From: Octopus vulgaris
Lineage: Eukaryota
Direction: 5' to 3'
Length of the DNA stretch: 64,000 nucleotides
Assembly (NCBI GenBank): GCA_951406725.2
Contig: OX597815.1
Location: 159,588,001-159,652,000, forward strand
Shown in pieces: positions 13,335 through 27,150 of the stretch (positions within the stretch are counted from its first letter, which is position 1; each line of letters starts with the position of its first letter). A model generated the notes under the pieces. The model had not been told where the DNA came from. It did not search any database and worked only from the letters and a program-made list of their open reading frames with translations. A program made the position numbers and the translations under genes.

Positions 13335-13475
13335 TGTGTGTGTGTCTTTGTGTATCTGCTTGTCTGGAAAGAGACCAATAGAATAAGTACTAGAGGTCAA
13401 TTCATTCGACTAAAAATTCAAGGTCGTGCCCCAGCATGGCTACAGTCTAATGACTGAAACAAGTAAAAGATAAAA
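13036..13475 (+). mobile_element. SINE family A copy with internal deletions
   Basis: aggcacaggcatggctgtatggtaag head; gaaacaagtaaaaga tail. Confidence 0.8.
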
Positions 13476-13483
13476 TATATATA

Positions 13484-13695
13484 CTCTTTTACTCTTTTCA
13501 GTCATTTGACTATGGCCATGCTGGAGCACCACCTTTAGTCAAGCAAATCGACCTCAGGACTTGTTCTTTGTAAGCCTAGTACTTATTCTATCATTCTCTT
13601 ATGCCGAACTGCCAAGTTACGGGGATGTAAACATACCACCATCGGTTGTCAAGCGATGTTGGGAGGACAAACACAGATGCACAAACATACACACA

Positions 13696-13775
<80 letters not shown>

Positions 13776-13796
13776 CACGACGGACTTCTTTCAGTT
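13484..13796 (-). mobile_element. SINE family A, 3' portion, inverted
   Basis: ctcttttactcttttcagtcatttgac...cttctttcagtttc is the reverse complement of the family A body. Confidence 0.85.
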
Positions 13797-14128
13797 TCAG
13801 CATTATTTGTCCTTTAATTTTAAAAATCTCTTGCAGAAATCAAAAATCACACGTCCACTCATAATCATCTTTGTTGTACTTCCCAGAATACAACCTAATG
13901 TAGTATATAGTGTAAACATGCAGTGTATATGTTCAAACATTGTCATTATAAATTCTGCTGCATTTCACATGGAATTTTTGGTCATATAAAGTCAAATTGT
14001 ATAAATCAACCTACCTTTCATTGACTGTAAATTTTGGTCTGAAAAATTCATCTTGTATACCAGAAAATATAGTATATTAATTGTATCTCCAAATGAAATA
14101 AATTAAGAGTTGATATGTCTACTTTCAG

Positions 14129-14294
14129 ATTAATAAACGGTGTCAATGTAACGAACTCTGATGAAAATATGTGGCTTATACCGTTTACACCTGAAAAGCC
14201 CCATATAGTTTCTTTTGAATTTCCACAACCAGTTACAATATCTGGGATTCGAGTTTGGAATTATAACAAAAATCCTGAAGATACATATAGAGGG
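14129..14294 (+). CDS. KATNIP: Next internal coding exon of KATNIP
   Basis: Acceptor actttcag ends at 14128; donor GGG|gtaagt at 14295. The phase-2 join gives AAA (K), then LINGVNVTNSDENMWLIPFTPEKPHIVSFEFPQPVTISGIRVWNYNKNPEDTYRG, collinear with recalled human LIDGTNITMEDEHMWLIPFSPG...GLRFWNYNKSPEDTYRG. Confidence 0.94.
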
Positions 14295-14360
14295 GTAAGT
14301 TGTTATTTTCTCTTAAGATTTACACTTTTCTATAAAAATGAACACTTACTGCCTTTATGT

Positions 14361-14692
14361 GAAGGTGCATGGTTCAGTTGTTAGAGCATCCAGCTCACAA
14401 TCATGAGGTAATGAGTTCAATCTCCAGACTAAGCTATGTGTTGTGTTCTTGAGCAAGACACTTTAATTCATGTTGCTCCACTTCACTCACCTGTAAAAAT
14501 CAGTTTCGATGGCACTGGTGCCATGCCATATCGGCCTTTGCCTTTCCCTTGGACAACATCGGTGGTATGAAGATGGAAGGCTGGTATACATGGGCAACTG
14601 CTGATCTTCTATAAACAACCTTTCCTGGATTATGCCGCAGAGGGGTACTTTCTTGAGGCAATCCCATTGTCATTCATGACCAAAGGGGGTCT
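14361..14692 (+). mobile_element. SINE family B copy (tRNA-like head)
   Basis: gaaggtgcatggttcagttgttagagc...gagttcaatctcc head; ends catgaccaaagggggtct. Confidence 0.85.
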
Positions 14693-16754
14693 TTTTTTCA
14701 CTGCCATTGAAAAATAAATTCTTTATTTCAGCCTTGCTTTTTTTTCATGTTAAATGATCCATGAAATATATTCATATGATAAATCTATGCCCTGTCTCTT
14801 TGCAATTATATGACTAACATGATGCCTCTAGTAATAATGTCATGGATGTGTATTTATATTAATTAACTACACTTTACATGGTAATTGAATAAAACTAATT
14901 AAGAGTAATGAGTATTCACAGGGACTCTTGTAAGTAGACACTGAAAATGTGACAACCAATGGTTTATTCCATCTTAAGAATTGGCTGATTTGCGTTAGTT
15001 AGGCAATTTATATATTGTGGATGGAAGTGATACAGAAATTAATGAAGACTGGCAGTAGAGTGGCACAGGGACTAATGGATTAGAAATGTGATTACAACAG
15101 TCTTCCCCGCTGTGTTAGAAGTCTAGTACATAATCATGGTAATTAAATAAATGATATATAATCATGATAATTAAATAAAACTAATTATTAGTAATGAGTA
15201 TTCTAAGTGGCTGGAAACTGCATGAAACCCTTCATGTGTGTGTGTGTATATATATATATACATATTATATAGGTGCAGGCTTGGTTGTGGCAAGAGGCTT
15301 GCTTCCCAACCACATGGTTTTGTGTTCAGTCCCACTGCCTGGCACCTTGGGCAAGTGTCTTCTACTATAGCCTTGAGCTCACTAAAGCCTTATGAGTGGA
15401 TTTAATAGACCGAAAATGAAAGAAGCTCATTGTGTGTGTGTGTGTTTGTGTGTGTGCTTGCATGTGTGTGTGTGTGTGTGCTTGCGTGTGTGTGTGTGTG
15501 TGTACACAGCTGCATCAACATCACTAGATCATGGCATAGCTCTTTCTTGCTCCATTAGCTTATATCCACAAAGTGCTAACACTTAATTCACATGCACACA
15601 CACACACATCTATGTGTGACTGTATGGGTCTATATGTATGTGTGTGTCTGTATATGCATGTGTATGTATGTGTTGCTGTGTGTGTATGTTTACATCTGAC
15701 ACACTTCATATGGCAAACTACTGAGTAACAAGTAGTGAAGTTTTTTGCTACTTCTCTACCAACGCATTGACCCCTGGTTTTATACTTTTAAAGACATGTG
15801 GAATAAGGGATCCCTTCTTTGAAAAACAGGTGAAAAGCAAGCAACAGAATCTAAAATGTTTACTCTCAGGTATTTTGGTTTGCATTTTCACTTTTCAAAA
15901 TATTGATCTGACAAATGGGCCTTAGACATTGAAACCTATCAGAAGATTTCTTGCTATAATTTCCTTCTACGGCTTGGTCATTCTCACTGCTGTGGTGTTC
16001 TAACTGTAGCAGGGAGAAACGGTTGAAGTGTTACTGCTTTTCAGATATAGAAATTAATGAAGCATGGAAAAGCGATACCATGATCTTTTGATTGTCTCTC
16101 TGAATGAAATAAATGAGGAGTGGATGTATCATGGGCACTACCTTTTCTTCCTGGCCAAGCAAGTACAAACAGCAAAAGAAAAACAATAATGACTGTGGAA
16201 TAAAGTTTCCATTTCATACAAAGAGAGAATCTCAGTGAAAAACTATAAAAAATAAAACTCATAGTGCCTATATTAACTGTTTAGCACTTAAACAAACCAT
16301 ATCCAGCTCAAATATTTTACCTGGTTTATGTTCAAACTGGTCAAATCTGGCCTCTCACACCTACCCTTCAATGTTGTTAAAATATACAATCACCTCATTG
16401 AAATCTCAAAGCTATGAGATAATGTATGATAGATTTGAAATGTTTTCAATAAATATGCATTGACAGAGAAATTTGAATGCTAAAGAGTTAAGGCTTTTCC
16501 AGACTACTGACACTGATGCAGCTAATGGCCAGCTAATCTGCTAGTCATTGTCTGCTGCTGGAAAAGCATGAGCAATGGGAGCAACTGGAATCTGGTCTGA
16601 ATGTTCACAATGTAATAAACCCTGTTAAAAACAAACAGGAATATTATAATGGTGGGGTGGCAGTGGTTGTATACAAGTAATGGTAGATGAATTTAGTAAT
16701 CAACTTTTAGTGCTTGTTATACTTGTAAGTTGTGAAATTCTTATTTATTTATTG

Positions 16755-16965
16755 CCAACAAGGGGCTACACACAGAGTGGACAATCAAGGACAGACAAAC
16801 GTATTAGGAGATTATATCAACCTCAGTGCGTAACTGGTACTTATTTAATTGACCCCGATAGGATGAAAGGCAAAGTCGACCTTGGTGGAATTTGAACTCA
16901 GAATGTAGTAGCAGACGAAATACCGCTAAACATTTCGCCCAGCGTGCTAACATTTCTGCCAGCTC
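16755..16965 (-). mobile_element. SINE family C copy
   Basis: ggatgaaaggcaaagtcgacc...tttctgccagctcg. Confidence 0.85.
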
Positions 16966-17165
16966 GAAGTTGGGAAATTCTGGCTGAAGTTTCACCTGAG
17001 GCTACATCCAAACAATCCTTCCTACTATAGGCACAAGGCCTGTAATTTAGCAGGAGTCTGGTTAGTTGATTACATCAACCCCAGTGACTGATACCTATTT
17101 CATTAATCCTCAAAAGAGGAATGGCAAAGTTGACCTCAGCAGAATTTAAACTGAAACCATAAAAT

Positions 17166-17562
17166 AGGCGCAGGAGTGGCTATGTTGTAAGTAGCTTGCT
17201 TACCAACCACATGGTTCTGGGTTCAGTCCCACTGCGTGGCACCTTGGGCAAGTGTCTTCTACTATAGCCTCGAGCTGACCAAAGCCTTGAGAGTGGATTT
17301 GGTAGACGGAAACTGAAAGAAGCCCATCGCATATATGTGTATGTGTGTTTGTATATGATTGTGTGTCTGTGTTTGTCCCCGCAACATCACTTGACAACTG
17401 ATGCTGGTGTGTTTACATCCCCATAACTTAGCTGTTTGGCAAATGAGACTAATAGAATAAGTACTAGGCTTGCAAAGAATAAGTCCTGGGGTCGATTTGC
17501 TCGACTAAAAGGTGGTGCTCCAGCATGGCCACAGTCAAATCACTGAAACAAGTAAAAGAGTA
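17166..17562 (+). mobile_element. SINE family A, full length
   Basis: aggcgcaggagtggct head to aagtaaaagag tail. Confidence 0.9.
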
Positions 17563-18040
17563 TGGATGAGATACTGCTAAATGTTTTGCCTGGCATGCTC
17601 ACAGTTTTGCCACCTTGCTGCCTTATCCATTCAAATAATAAAATAATTGGTTAGACAATCTGTACTTTGTTAGCCATCAAATCTAGTTGACAGATTAGTG
17701 GCGATCTACTCAATTTTGATTGCTTGTAACTATATATCCCAGTCATTCTATATTTTCAAAATGCTATATCTCAATCAATACTTGATCAATTGATATCATA
17801 AGTTAGTGGCTTGGAAAACTTATGCCTGGGTTGCAATTCAACTATTACTATCATTAGCTGAAACTAATTCAAGCACCTTTCTAGTATAAAATCCAAGTGG
17901 GAGAATGTATGCAGAATTATTCTATCTCTGTTCAGTACTTAACAGTGAGTACTTAATGAATTGCGACCTATTTTCTCAGTTGTTTAACCCCAGATCAGCC
18001 CTGATATCAAACAGACTCTGAGATGAAAGGCGTTCTCTGG

Positions 18041-18076
<36 letters not shown>

Positions 18077-18124
18077 TATGTTACAGCCCTAGGCTGACCA
18101 AAAGTCTTGTGAGTGGATTTATTA

Positions 18125-18565
18125 TCATCATCATCATCGTTTAATGTCTATTTTCCATACTGGCATGGGTTGGACGGTTTGATTGGGGACTGGCAAGCCA
18201 GGAGGCTGCTCCAGGAACCAATCTGATCTGGCAATGTTTTTACAGCTCAATGCCCTTAACGCCAACCACTCCGAGAGTGTAGTGGGTGCTTTTTATCTGC
18301 CACTGGCACGGGAGCCAGTCAGGCGGCACTGGCATCGGCCACGTTCAGATGGTGTTTTTTATGTGCTACCAGCACAGAAGCCAGTCGGGGTAAGGAGTTG
18401 GAGGGCTGGCATCAACCATGTTCGGATGGTGCGTTTTATGTGCCAGTGGCACGGGGAGCCAGTCAGGCATCACTGGCAATGACCCACACATGAATGGTGC
18501 TTATTGTGAGCCACCAGCAACGAGAGCCAGTCAGGCGGCACTGGCATTACCCACAACTACAATTT
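18125..18565 (-). mobile_element. Family D (GAT)n-tailed retroposon end with internal ~60-bp tandem units
   Basis: Repeated gccactggcacgggagccagtcaggcggcactggc-like units. Confidence 0.75.
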
Positions 18566-20480
18566 CTATTTTTGTGAAAGTCCATTATATACATATATAT
18601 ATATATATCTGTGTGTGTGTATGTCTATTTATTTACATATGTGTGTATGTTTGTGACAGTTGTAAAATATATACCATTGTCATTCAAGCCGTGTCATTCA
18701 TTTCTAGTAGTCTTCAAAAACATGTCTGGTTATGGGGAAATATTACCTTGCTTGGGAACAGGTCAGGGTTGGCAAAAGGAAAGCACATCCAGCCATAGAA
18801 AAATCTGCTTCATTAAACTTCAGCCAAACCATGCAAGCATTGAAAAATATAATGGACATTAAAATGATGTTGATAAACGTGTCTAAGACCTGTGTCCATC
18901 CATTTTATAAAAGTAAGTAGAATTCATTTTAAAGGAAATTTAGCTGCTGTTTATTATAGGTCAAGTAACCACTATAGATTGTTACCTTCGTTGGCTCATC
19001 ATTTATTCTTTAGATTGATGTGGAGACAATCCATGCAGCCTCTTTCTTTCTCTCTCTCTCGCCAAAATACCACGGCATAACCTATTAATACAATTGATTT
19101 GTGACAGCCAGTGGTCAGCTTTATCGCTACACTGCAAAATGGTTTTCCGTGACTTCATAGATATGCAAATATCATATAATATATGGAAGACTTTCAGCTT
19201 TTCCTCCCCTGCTATGGAATTTCTGATTTATATAATATTACCTTGCCCTTATTGTTAATATAACGGAACTGACCTGTCAAGCCATTTCAGGCACGTGAAG
19301 TAAACCTTAAATAAAATTATATGGTAGTGATGGTGGTGGCAGTGGTGGCGTTGGTGAGAGTGGTGGAGGCAGTGGTGGTGGTTTCTTTTCATTGCTTTCT
19401 TTTCTCTTATATCACCCCCACCATCATCATCATTATCATCATTAATATTATTTGAACAGTTTTGCTTTTATTGCATGCTTTCATGGCAAAAACCATGCAT
19501 AACTCTATATAATATCTTTCATACATGCAGCTTATATTTTTTTCTGTTGTTTTTCTATTGAATTGAATATATAACATGTAATATGTGTGCAACACTTAGT
19601 TGTTATTGTTGTTGTTATTGTTGCTGTTAACCATTGACTCACATGTTTATAGAGCTCTACTCAGAAGGCAATTTCTTCCAACATTACTTTATGGAGTTTT
19701 TGTTTGTGTGAGGTTGGGATGTGTGTGTACACATTTTGCCAGCTAAGAGTTTCGGAATATTTTAACATCCACCTGAATTTTATAGATTATATATGTATAT
19801 TTCTACAAATGCCCATTTGCTTTGTTTATTTGTGGTTCATTATGGCTTCACTCTGCAATAAAAGAAGGAGGTGTTAGCCACAATATAGCAGTAAAAGTTG
19901 TGCCCCTTCAAAAACATTTTGATAATATAAGGACAGGTATAAAAAATATATATATTACAGTAAACACGTCCATCTATAAACACAAAATCTGAGAACAAAA
20001 ACACAACAAAAAATGAGTGTGAATATGCAAACTTAAATGATGATAACAAATGCACGCATAGCAATATCATTTGATATTTTCTTTCACTAGCACAATGAGT
20101 CAAAAAGAAGTAGAAAATATGAGTGAGCTCCATATTGAAAATAAATTAAAAGAAAAGAAAAATGCTTGGGAAGGGTTTATTCCCAAAGAGAGTATTTTAT
20201 GATCTAAGAAATTTAATAAGGTATAAACAAGAAGGAAAGTGGCCTACCTCTGTTTTTTGAAAAGCGGAAGGGTCTCCATATATTTTTGAAAGAGAAGTTG
20301 GATTGTGCCTGAGTTAATGTGTGGCCAGATGTATACTTCTCCCTCAAGAGTGGCAGGACCTATGACCAATAATGCTAGTGCATCATACACATACCCACAA
20401 TGATACTCATATTCCTTATCCTCCTGTATTACTTAGTTGTTCAGCAGAAGAGACCAATAGAGAGAATAAAGTAAAAGTAA

Positions 20481-20816
20481 AGAGACCCCCTTTGATCATG
20501 AACGACCATGTGATTGCACCTAGAAAGTTTTCCTCCAGGGCACAAGTCCAAGCAAGGTTGTTTATGGAAGGTCAGCAGTCACCTATGCATACCAGCTTCC
20601 CCTCTCCGTGCCACTGATGTTATCCAAGGGAAAGGCAAATGCTGATACAGCTTGGCACCAGTGATGTTGCAACACATTTCCACAGCTGAGTGAACTGCAG
20701 CAATGTGAAATAAAGTGTCTTGCTCAAGAACACAATACAGAGCCCGGTTTGGGAATCGAACTAACTACCTCGTGATTGTGAGCTCAATACTCTAACCACT
20801 GAACTATGCACCTTCA
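20481..20816 (-). mobile_element. SINE family B copy
   Basis: Reverse complement of the 14361-14692 family. Confidence 0.85.
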
Positions 20817-22449
20817 GAATAAGTATTAAACTTTAAAAGATAAATACTGGGGTTGCCTCAGTATGACCATAGTCTAATGAGTGAAACAACTAAAAGATAA
20901 AAGATAAATGATATAACAATCACACAAAAATTTGCACTTATAATTTCTAACAGTATAAGAATTTTAAAAAAGACAAATTATAAAAACAATGTAAATCTTT
21001 TATCTTTTACTTGCTTCAGTCATTTGACTGTGGCCATGCTGGGGCACAGCCTTCAACAACTTTTTAGTCAAATGAATCAAGCTCAGTATTTATTTATTTG
21101 TTAAGCCTGGTACTTATTCCATTGGTATCTTTTGCCGAATTGCTAAGTTACAGTGATTTAAACACACCAACACCAGTTGTCAAATTGTGGTGAGGAACAA
21201 ACACAGACGCAAAGGTATACACACATGGAAGACAACTTCTGGCTGGATTCTAAAAGTGGCAGGAATCCTGGGACTAGTGTATTGTTGTGCAATGTGACTG
21301 TTTTGAAGGAGACGATGTTAAAACTTAGATAAATAAGTTATTTTTTATTATACATAGCTAATCCCAAAACTTTTTGATACTGCCTGATATATAAAAGGAT
21401 GTAGGAACCCTCAAGGATGCTACTTTAGCCTGTAGTCTTTCTGACCATTTTAAGTTTAATGTGCAGTCTCTCTTTAAATCCTAACCCTACTTGTAAACTC
21501 TAAATCTAAATCCTAATGCTAACCTTAAACCATGGCTCTAAAATCCTGCCCTAATCCTAACCCAGCTCAGGTCACTTCACAGTGTAGACTATAGATACTG
21601 TAGGAGACTGCATGCTAAGGTAGTACCCACTGAAGTAATGTTTTTATCTCAGTATGTCAAGCTAGAATGATGTAAAAATATACTATCACCTACTAAGTAG
21701 AGTTGTACTTGCTACTATTTCTATCTGATTTTCCTAGTTATTGCTGAATTCAATTGATGAAATTCTATTTACTCTGATATCTTAAAAAAAAAAAGAAGGC
21801 GTTTATTGATTATTGAATTCATATTTGTGATAGCTCTGGGTGGTTGTATTACATGGAGAGAAATAACATACATTGTGTATTAATCAATGTTTAGAGTATG
21901 TTTACTTTACTTTCTCTTTTTTAATTGTAACATGAAAGGAAACGAGGTGTTTTTATACACTTTCTGGAATGGTAAACTCTACTGTGTAGTCACACTATAT
22001 TACAATACTGTGCTGTTATAAACCAGCAATGCAACTCTATGTGGTCATTCATCCTGTTTAGAAAGAGCAGCTAGATCTCCCTCATCTTAAAAAAAAAAAA
22101 GAGTATATAATTAATTAATAGTCATGGATATACATAAAGAATGTTCAAGGCTGAAACATATTTTTACTTGATTCATCCTAATTTGCAGCTCAACAATGAC
22201 TCTATTGATGTATTCTGTAGAATAGCCATAATTCATTACTGTGTTCAACATTGCCATCATCATCCATCATTTTGAATCTGGATTTTGTCCACGTTAATGG
22301 GGGTGGCCAGATCTACCTCAATGCCACAGCAACTGCCCTCACACCATCTCACCATCTTGTCCAGTTTGGGGCATCCTCCCTTCTCAAGCCAACCCTCCCA
22401 ATCTCCTCCTCCACCTGTCCCCTCCAAATTCAGAGAAGTGGGGTATAAA

Positions 22450-22675
22450 ACTCTTGAGGGTGTTATGATGCAAGTTTTGGAAAGAGCATGGGAGTGTGAA
22501 GCCAAACAAGGCTGCCTTTTAAGTGACGTCACTTTTCATATATGATGCAGTGGTGCTGCAAAATTTGAATCGTGCATATTAATTTCCATTATGTCCTTTA
22601 TATTGTATCAAATCTCCATGCATGTATTAAGGAAGTTACTAAAAATTGAAGCCCGTCAATAACTTTTGGGAGACC

Positions 22676-22680
<5 letters not shown>
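22450..22680 (+). mobile_element. Right end of a Tc1/mariner-superfamily element
   Basis: Peptide VMMQVLERAWECEAKQGCLLSDVTFH resembles a transposase C-terminus; terminus aacttttgggagaccctg followed by TA. Confidence 0.6.
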
Positions 22681-22711
<31 letters not shown>

Positions 22712-22846
22712 AGTAAAGTGGTTGGTGTTAGGAAGGGCATCCATGCCAAGACAGACAGCACAGCATAGTGCAGTCATCTACCTAGCCAGCTGCTATCAAA
22801 CCATCCAACCCATGCCAGCATGGAAAGCAGAAATTAAATGATGATG

Positions 22847-22882
<36 letters not shown>

Positions 22883-22928
22883 GTGCATCAGCATGGCCGC
22901 AGCTCTGAGCTGAAACTAGAAAAAAATA

Positions 22929-22992
<64 letters not shown>

Positions 22993-23867
22993 TGATGGTC
23001 TTCAGTCTACTAAAAGCAGACTCAAAGATTTGGTCAGCCTTGGTTTATAGCAGATGACTGCCTAAGCCACCCTGCTGTGGGACTGAATCCAAGATCACAT
23101 GGTTGGGAAGCAAACTCTTTAACCACACAGCTATGCCTCAGCATGAGAAAGATATTCTTTAAAAGTAATAATGATGTGTTTGTGTGTATGTACATACAGA
23201 TGTGTGTGCGTGTGTGTGTGTATTTATAACTCATGAATTGACTCTATACAGTTTGATTATATTTTTAATTGTGTCTGCTTTACATCAAAAGAAATAACAA
23301 GCTGCCGGTCATTAGCATCAAAAGTAAAATGCTAATAGGAAAAGCAGAAAGCACCAAGAAGGAGCAGGATTTGTAAATTTCTATTTTAAAATGTTGCAGA
23401 TCATTCATTTACGAAACAACACACGTCTAAAATTATCGTGATTGTTTGATTTTTCTTCAATTCTTGCAGCATTTAATGATGAGAATAAACTCAGTTTCTT
23501 CTTTGAATCTTCAGACTGTAACAATTATGAGCTTTGATTTTTCTGAAAGGAAGGGAATGGAGTGGAGGACTTTGATGCATTGCTACAAGTAAAGACAATG
23601 TAATATTCTGTATTCTTTATTAGATTATTATTTGTTTTTGCCATATAGGCTCAGGTGTGGTAAGAAGCTTGCTTCCCAACCACATGGTTCTGGGTTCAAG
23701 TGTCTTCTACTATGGCCTTAGGCTATTCACAGCCTTGCAAGTGGATTTGGTAGACAAACTGAAAGAAATCTGTTGTATATATATGTGTGTATGTATATAT
23801 ATGTATAGATGTATGTGTGTGCGTCTTTGTGTTTCTCCCCCATCATTATATTTGCTTGTACCTAAAA

Positions 23868-24570
23868 TATTAGTTTCAAATTTTGGCACAAGGCCAGTAA
23901 CTTTGGGGAGTGGGTAACTCTCATATGGGCTTTTGGTGCAAAATGCACACTTGTTTATATCTCCAGTGATGAGACCATCAGATCACATGATTTCAACTTT
24001 TCTTGGTTTCATCAATGATGGACCCTCAATTGTTAGAGATGGCAACAATTCATCTCCTCGCCAGTGATTTTCCATAAGTTTGATTTTTCATGTATTGATG
24101 CACGCCTCATCATGATATTTGCTTCTACCTAAAGTATTAGTCTCAAATTTTGGCACAAGGCTAGTAATTTTGGGGAGCAGGTAACTCAATTACATCATCC
24201 CCAGTGCTCAACTGGTACTTGTTTTATCAAATCTGAAAGGATGAAAGGCAAAGTCAGCCTCAGTGGAATTTGAACTCAGAACATAAAGATGGTCGAAATG
24301 CCACCAAGCATATTACACAGTATGCTAATGATTCTGCCAGCTCACTGCCTTAATTATGGCTTCAAATTTTGACACAAGGCCATCAAATTTTGAGGAGCAA
24401 ATAAGTCACTTTCATTGACCCCAGTGCTCAACTGGTATTTATTTTAACAAACTGGAAAGGATGAAAGGCAAAGTCAACCTCTATGGAATTTGAACTCAGA
24501 ACATGAAGATGGATGAAATGCTGTAAAGCATTTTGTCTGACTTTCTAAAAAGATTCTGCCATCTAACCAC
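23868..24570 (-). mobile_element. Two tandem SINE family C copies (24140-24350, 24360-24570) plus a tail fragment (23868-23920)
   Basis: caaattttg(g)cacaagg occurs three times; ggatgaaaggcaaagtca occurs twice. Confidence 0.75.
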
Positions 24571-25674
24571 CTTTTTTTACCTAAAATATTATCAGATGTT
24601 GGAATGCGATCTATCATTGGTATTACTATAAGGATTATTAACAAGTACATTGATCAGAAAATTTATTGACATCTTCACATTTTAAGTGTTTGCATTTGGT
24701 TTGCAAGATTCTTGATGAACTTGGGTGTTGAAACAGACAGTTTTGTAACTAACCTTAAGTAGATAGGGGTTGATATTAATGTGGTCACAAAAGGTGATGA
24801 AAGGACTTTGACAAACAGCTTATTGATTGATTAACTGAGTGATTAAACAATGAATTGATTTGTTAACTGGTTAGATAACTAGACTCATAATAAACAAGTG
24901 AAATAGTGAAATTAAGTCAGTGTGTGTGGTTTTTATTATTGGTGCAATGGCCCTCCCAAGACTCATTTTATTTAGTTCACTAGTAATTTATCAGCATTCT
25001 GAGTTTTCGTAGAGCAACATAGAAGCTCTATATAATTTACAATATCTTCTCCTCTATTCAATCTAATAGAGTGTCATACTATGGATTGGTATTTACTGCC
25101 TTAGCATCTTCAGTTAAGAGATCTGTTTCCAATCAGCCAGTGAAGATATTTTTCAAAAAATAAACAAAGAAACAAAACTTTAAAAAAAATGGAACGAATT
25201 TGAACCTCAGAAAAACCCACTTCTACCAGGCACTATCCAAACATGTTTAGTTTCACCATTTGTTATTCATCTTGAGAAGAGAAAACTGTTCTTACTTGGT
25301 GTGCAGTTAGATACTGTTAATAAAATGTCACTGAATGTAAGGCTTCAGTGAGAACTAATTCTCAGTTGGAGATATGCAGTCTTCAAGGCTAATTGGATAG
25401 TGTTCCATTATGTTGCTCACATTAGCATTCCCATCAGGATTGTGCAGCATACAGTAGTTATGATTTATTCCCAGCTTCGTAAAAAAAAAAAATAAAATAA
25501 AAGTGAGGATTTTAAGACTTCCAAAGATATAAACTGAGATACCTGGCCACAATACATGGAAACTGAGTTTCCAGTTACCACATATAATTTAGTCTATAAT
25601 ATATAATTCTGTAGCAACACTGGTGTCTGGACACAGGTGTGCTAATGTAAATATGAAGATCTTATTATTAATGA

Positions 25675-25709
<35 letters not shown>

Positions 25710-26855
25710 GTATATACAGTGACATTTTATTAACACGGAGTGGTTGGCGTTAGGAAGGGCATCCAGCTGTAGAAACACTGCCAGATCAGACTGGAGCCTG
25801 GTGCAGCCTCCTGGCTTCCCAGACCCCGGTTGAACTGTCCAACCCATGCTAGCATGGAAAACGGATTTTAAATGATGATGATGATGATGATAATGATATA
25901 TATATGTATATATTTGTACGTGATTCCATTGGTCTTATGGAAGTCAGTGAAATTAAGTCTGTGTGTGGTTTTTATTATTAGTGTAATGGCCATCCCAAGA
26001 CAAATACCAAATCTTACTGAGAAGCATGTTTTGCAAATGTTGGGTAAAAATTTATTCTTTAACCCTTTAGCATTTAAACTAAATATTCTGCTTGTTTTAT
26101 TTTCAAATGAGCCAGATCTATCTCTTACACCTATGCTAAAAATAAACATTACATCATTGAAACCTCAAAGCTACATGATAATTCATGATTAATTAACTCA
26201 ATGTGAATGCTAAAGTGTTCCTAGCAAAAGGTATACATAGCATCCATACTGAGGAATAAAATTTTCGATTTCATATAATGATAAATACTTTAGATACAAG
26301 GTTGACAAAGATGTTTATGAAATTGAGATGGAGAACAATTAGAGACAAGACAAATCCTGGAGAATGTATCTACAATAATATTTTCTCTTCTCAGATGAGT
26401 TTATTCAGGCAACTCAAATAGTTGCCTGAATAAACAGTTTATTATACTTGTAACATGATTTCGTACTTGAGTAGCAACTGCTATTTCATATTTGCTTACT
26501 CCTAGAAAGTATGAAGAATGGCTAATATTTCCTTCAGACTTTGCTTTTGTTACATTTATTCAAACCCCTAAGAATCCTACTCAATAAATGGCTATGATGC
26601 TCCCTCACTACTCCTGCTCATGATCAGAGATACACATATTGTCAGCTACTAAGGGACATGTTCGAGTGGTTAAAGTCAAGCAAATGACAAGGAAATCTGT
26701 GGTATTGAGCAGAATATTTGCTATAATGATATTTCTGCTTCAGCAACTTGGCACTGAATCTGTCTGAAATGTAATGGAAAATAGATCAGTTTCAAAACAT
26801 TGATGTCCAGGTCACAAAAGCAAAATTCAAAGTGAATAGTAGTGTTTTCTTTGTG

Positions 26856-27150
26856 GAGGCGCAATGGCCCAGTGGTTAGGGCAGCAGACTCACTGTCATA
26901 GGATTGCAGTTTCGATTCCTAGACTGGGCATTGTGTTTATTGAGCGAAAACACCCAAAGCTCCATGAAGCTCCAGCAAGGGGTGGTATTTCAAAGGGCCA
27001 GCCTTGTCACACTCTGTGTCATGTTGAATTTCCCCAAGAACTACGTTAAGGGTACACGTGTTTGTGGAGTGCTCAGCCACTTGCACGTTAATTTCATGAA
27101 CAGGCTGTTCCATTGATTGGATCAACTAGGGCTCTTGTCATAACCGACAG
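26856..27150 (+). mobile_element. tRNA-headed SINE with a different body
   Basis: ggaggcgcaatggcccagtggttagggc (A-box-like) and gtttcgattcc (B-box-like); a related head occurs at 61895. Confidence 0.65.

Noticed and set aside
18290-18560. Repeat-spacer-like array, superficially CRISPR-like
   Set aside because: Degenerate tandem units inside a eukaryotic retroposon end; spacers are related to each other and there are no cas genes.
26856-26935. tRNA-like sequence (also at other SINE heads)
   Set aside because: Continues into a SINE body and I cannot build a full cloverleaf; treated as a SINE head, not a tRNA gene.
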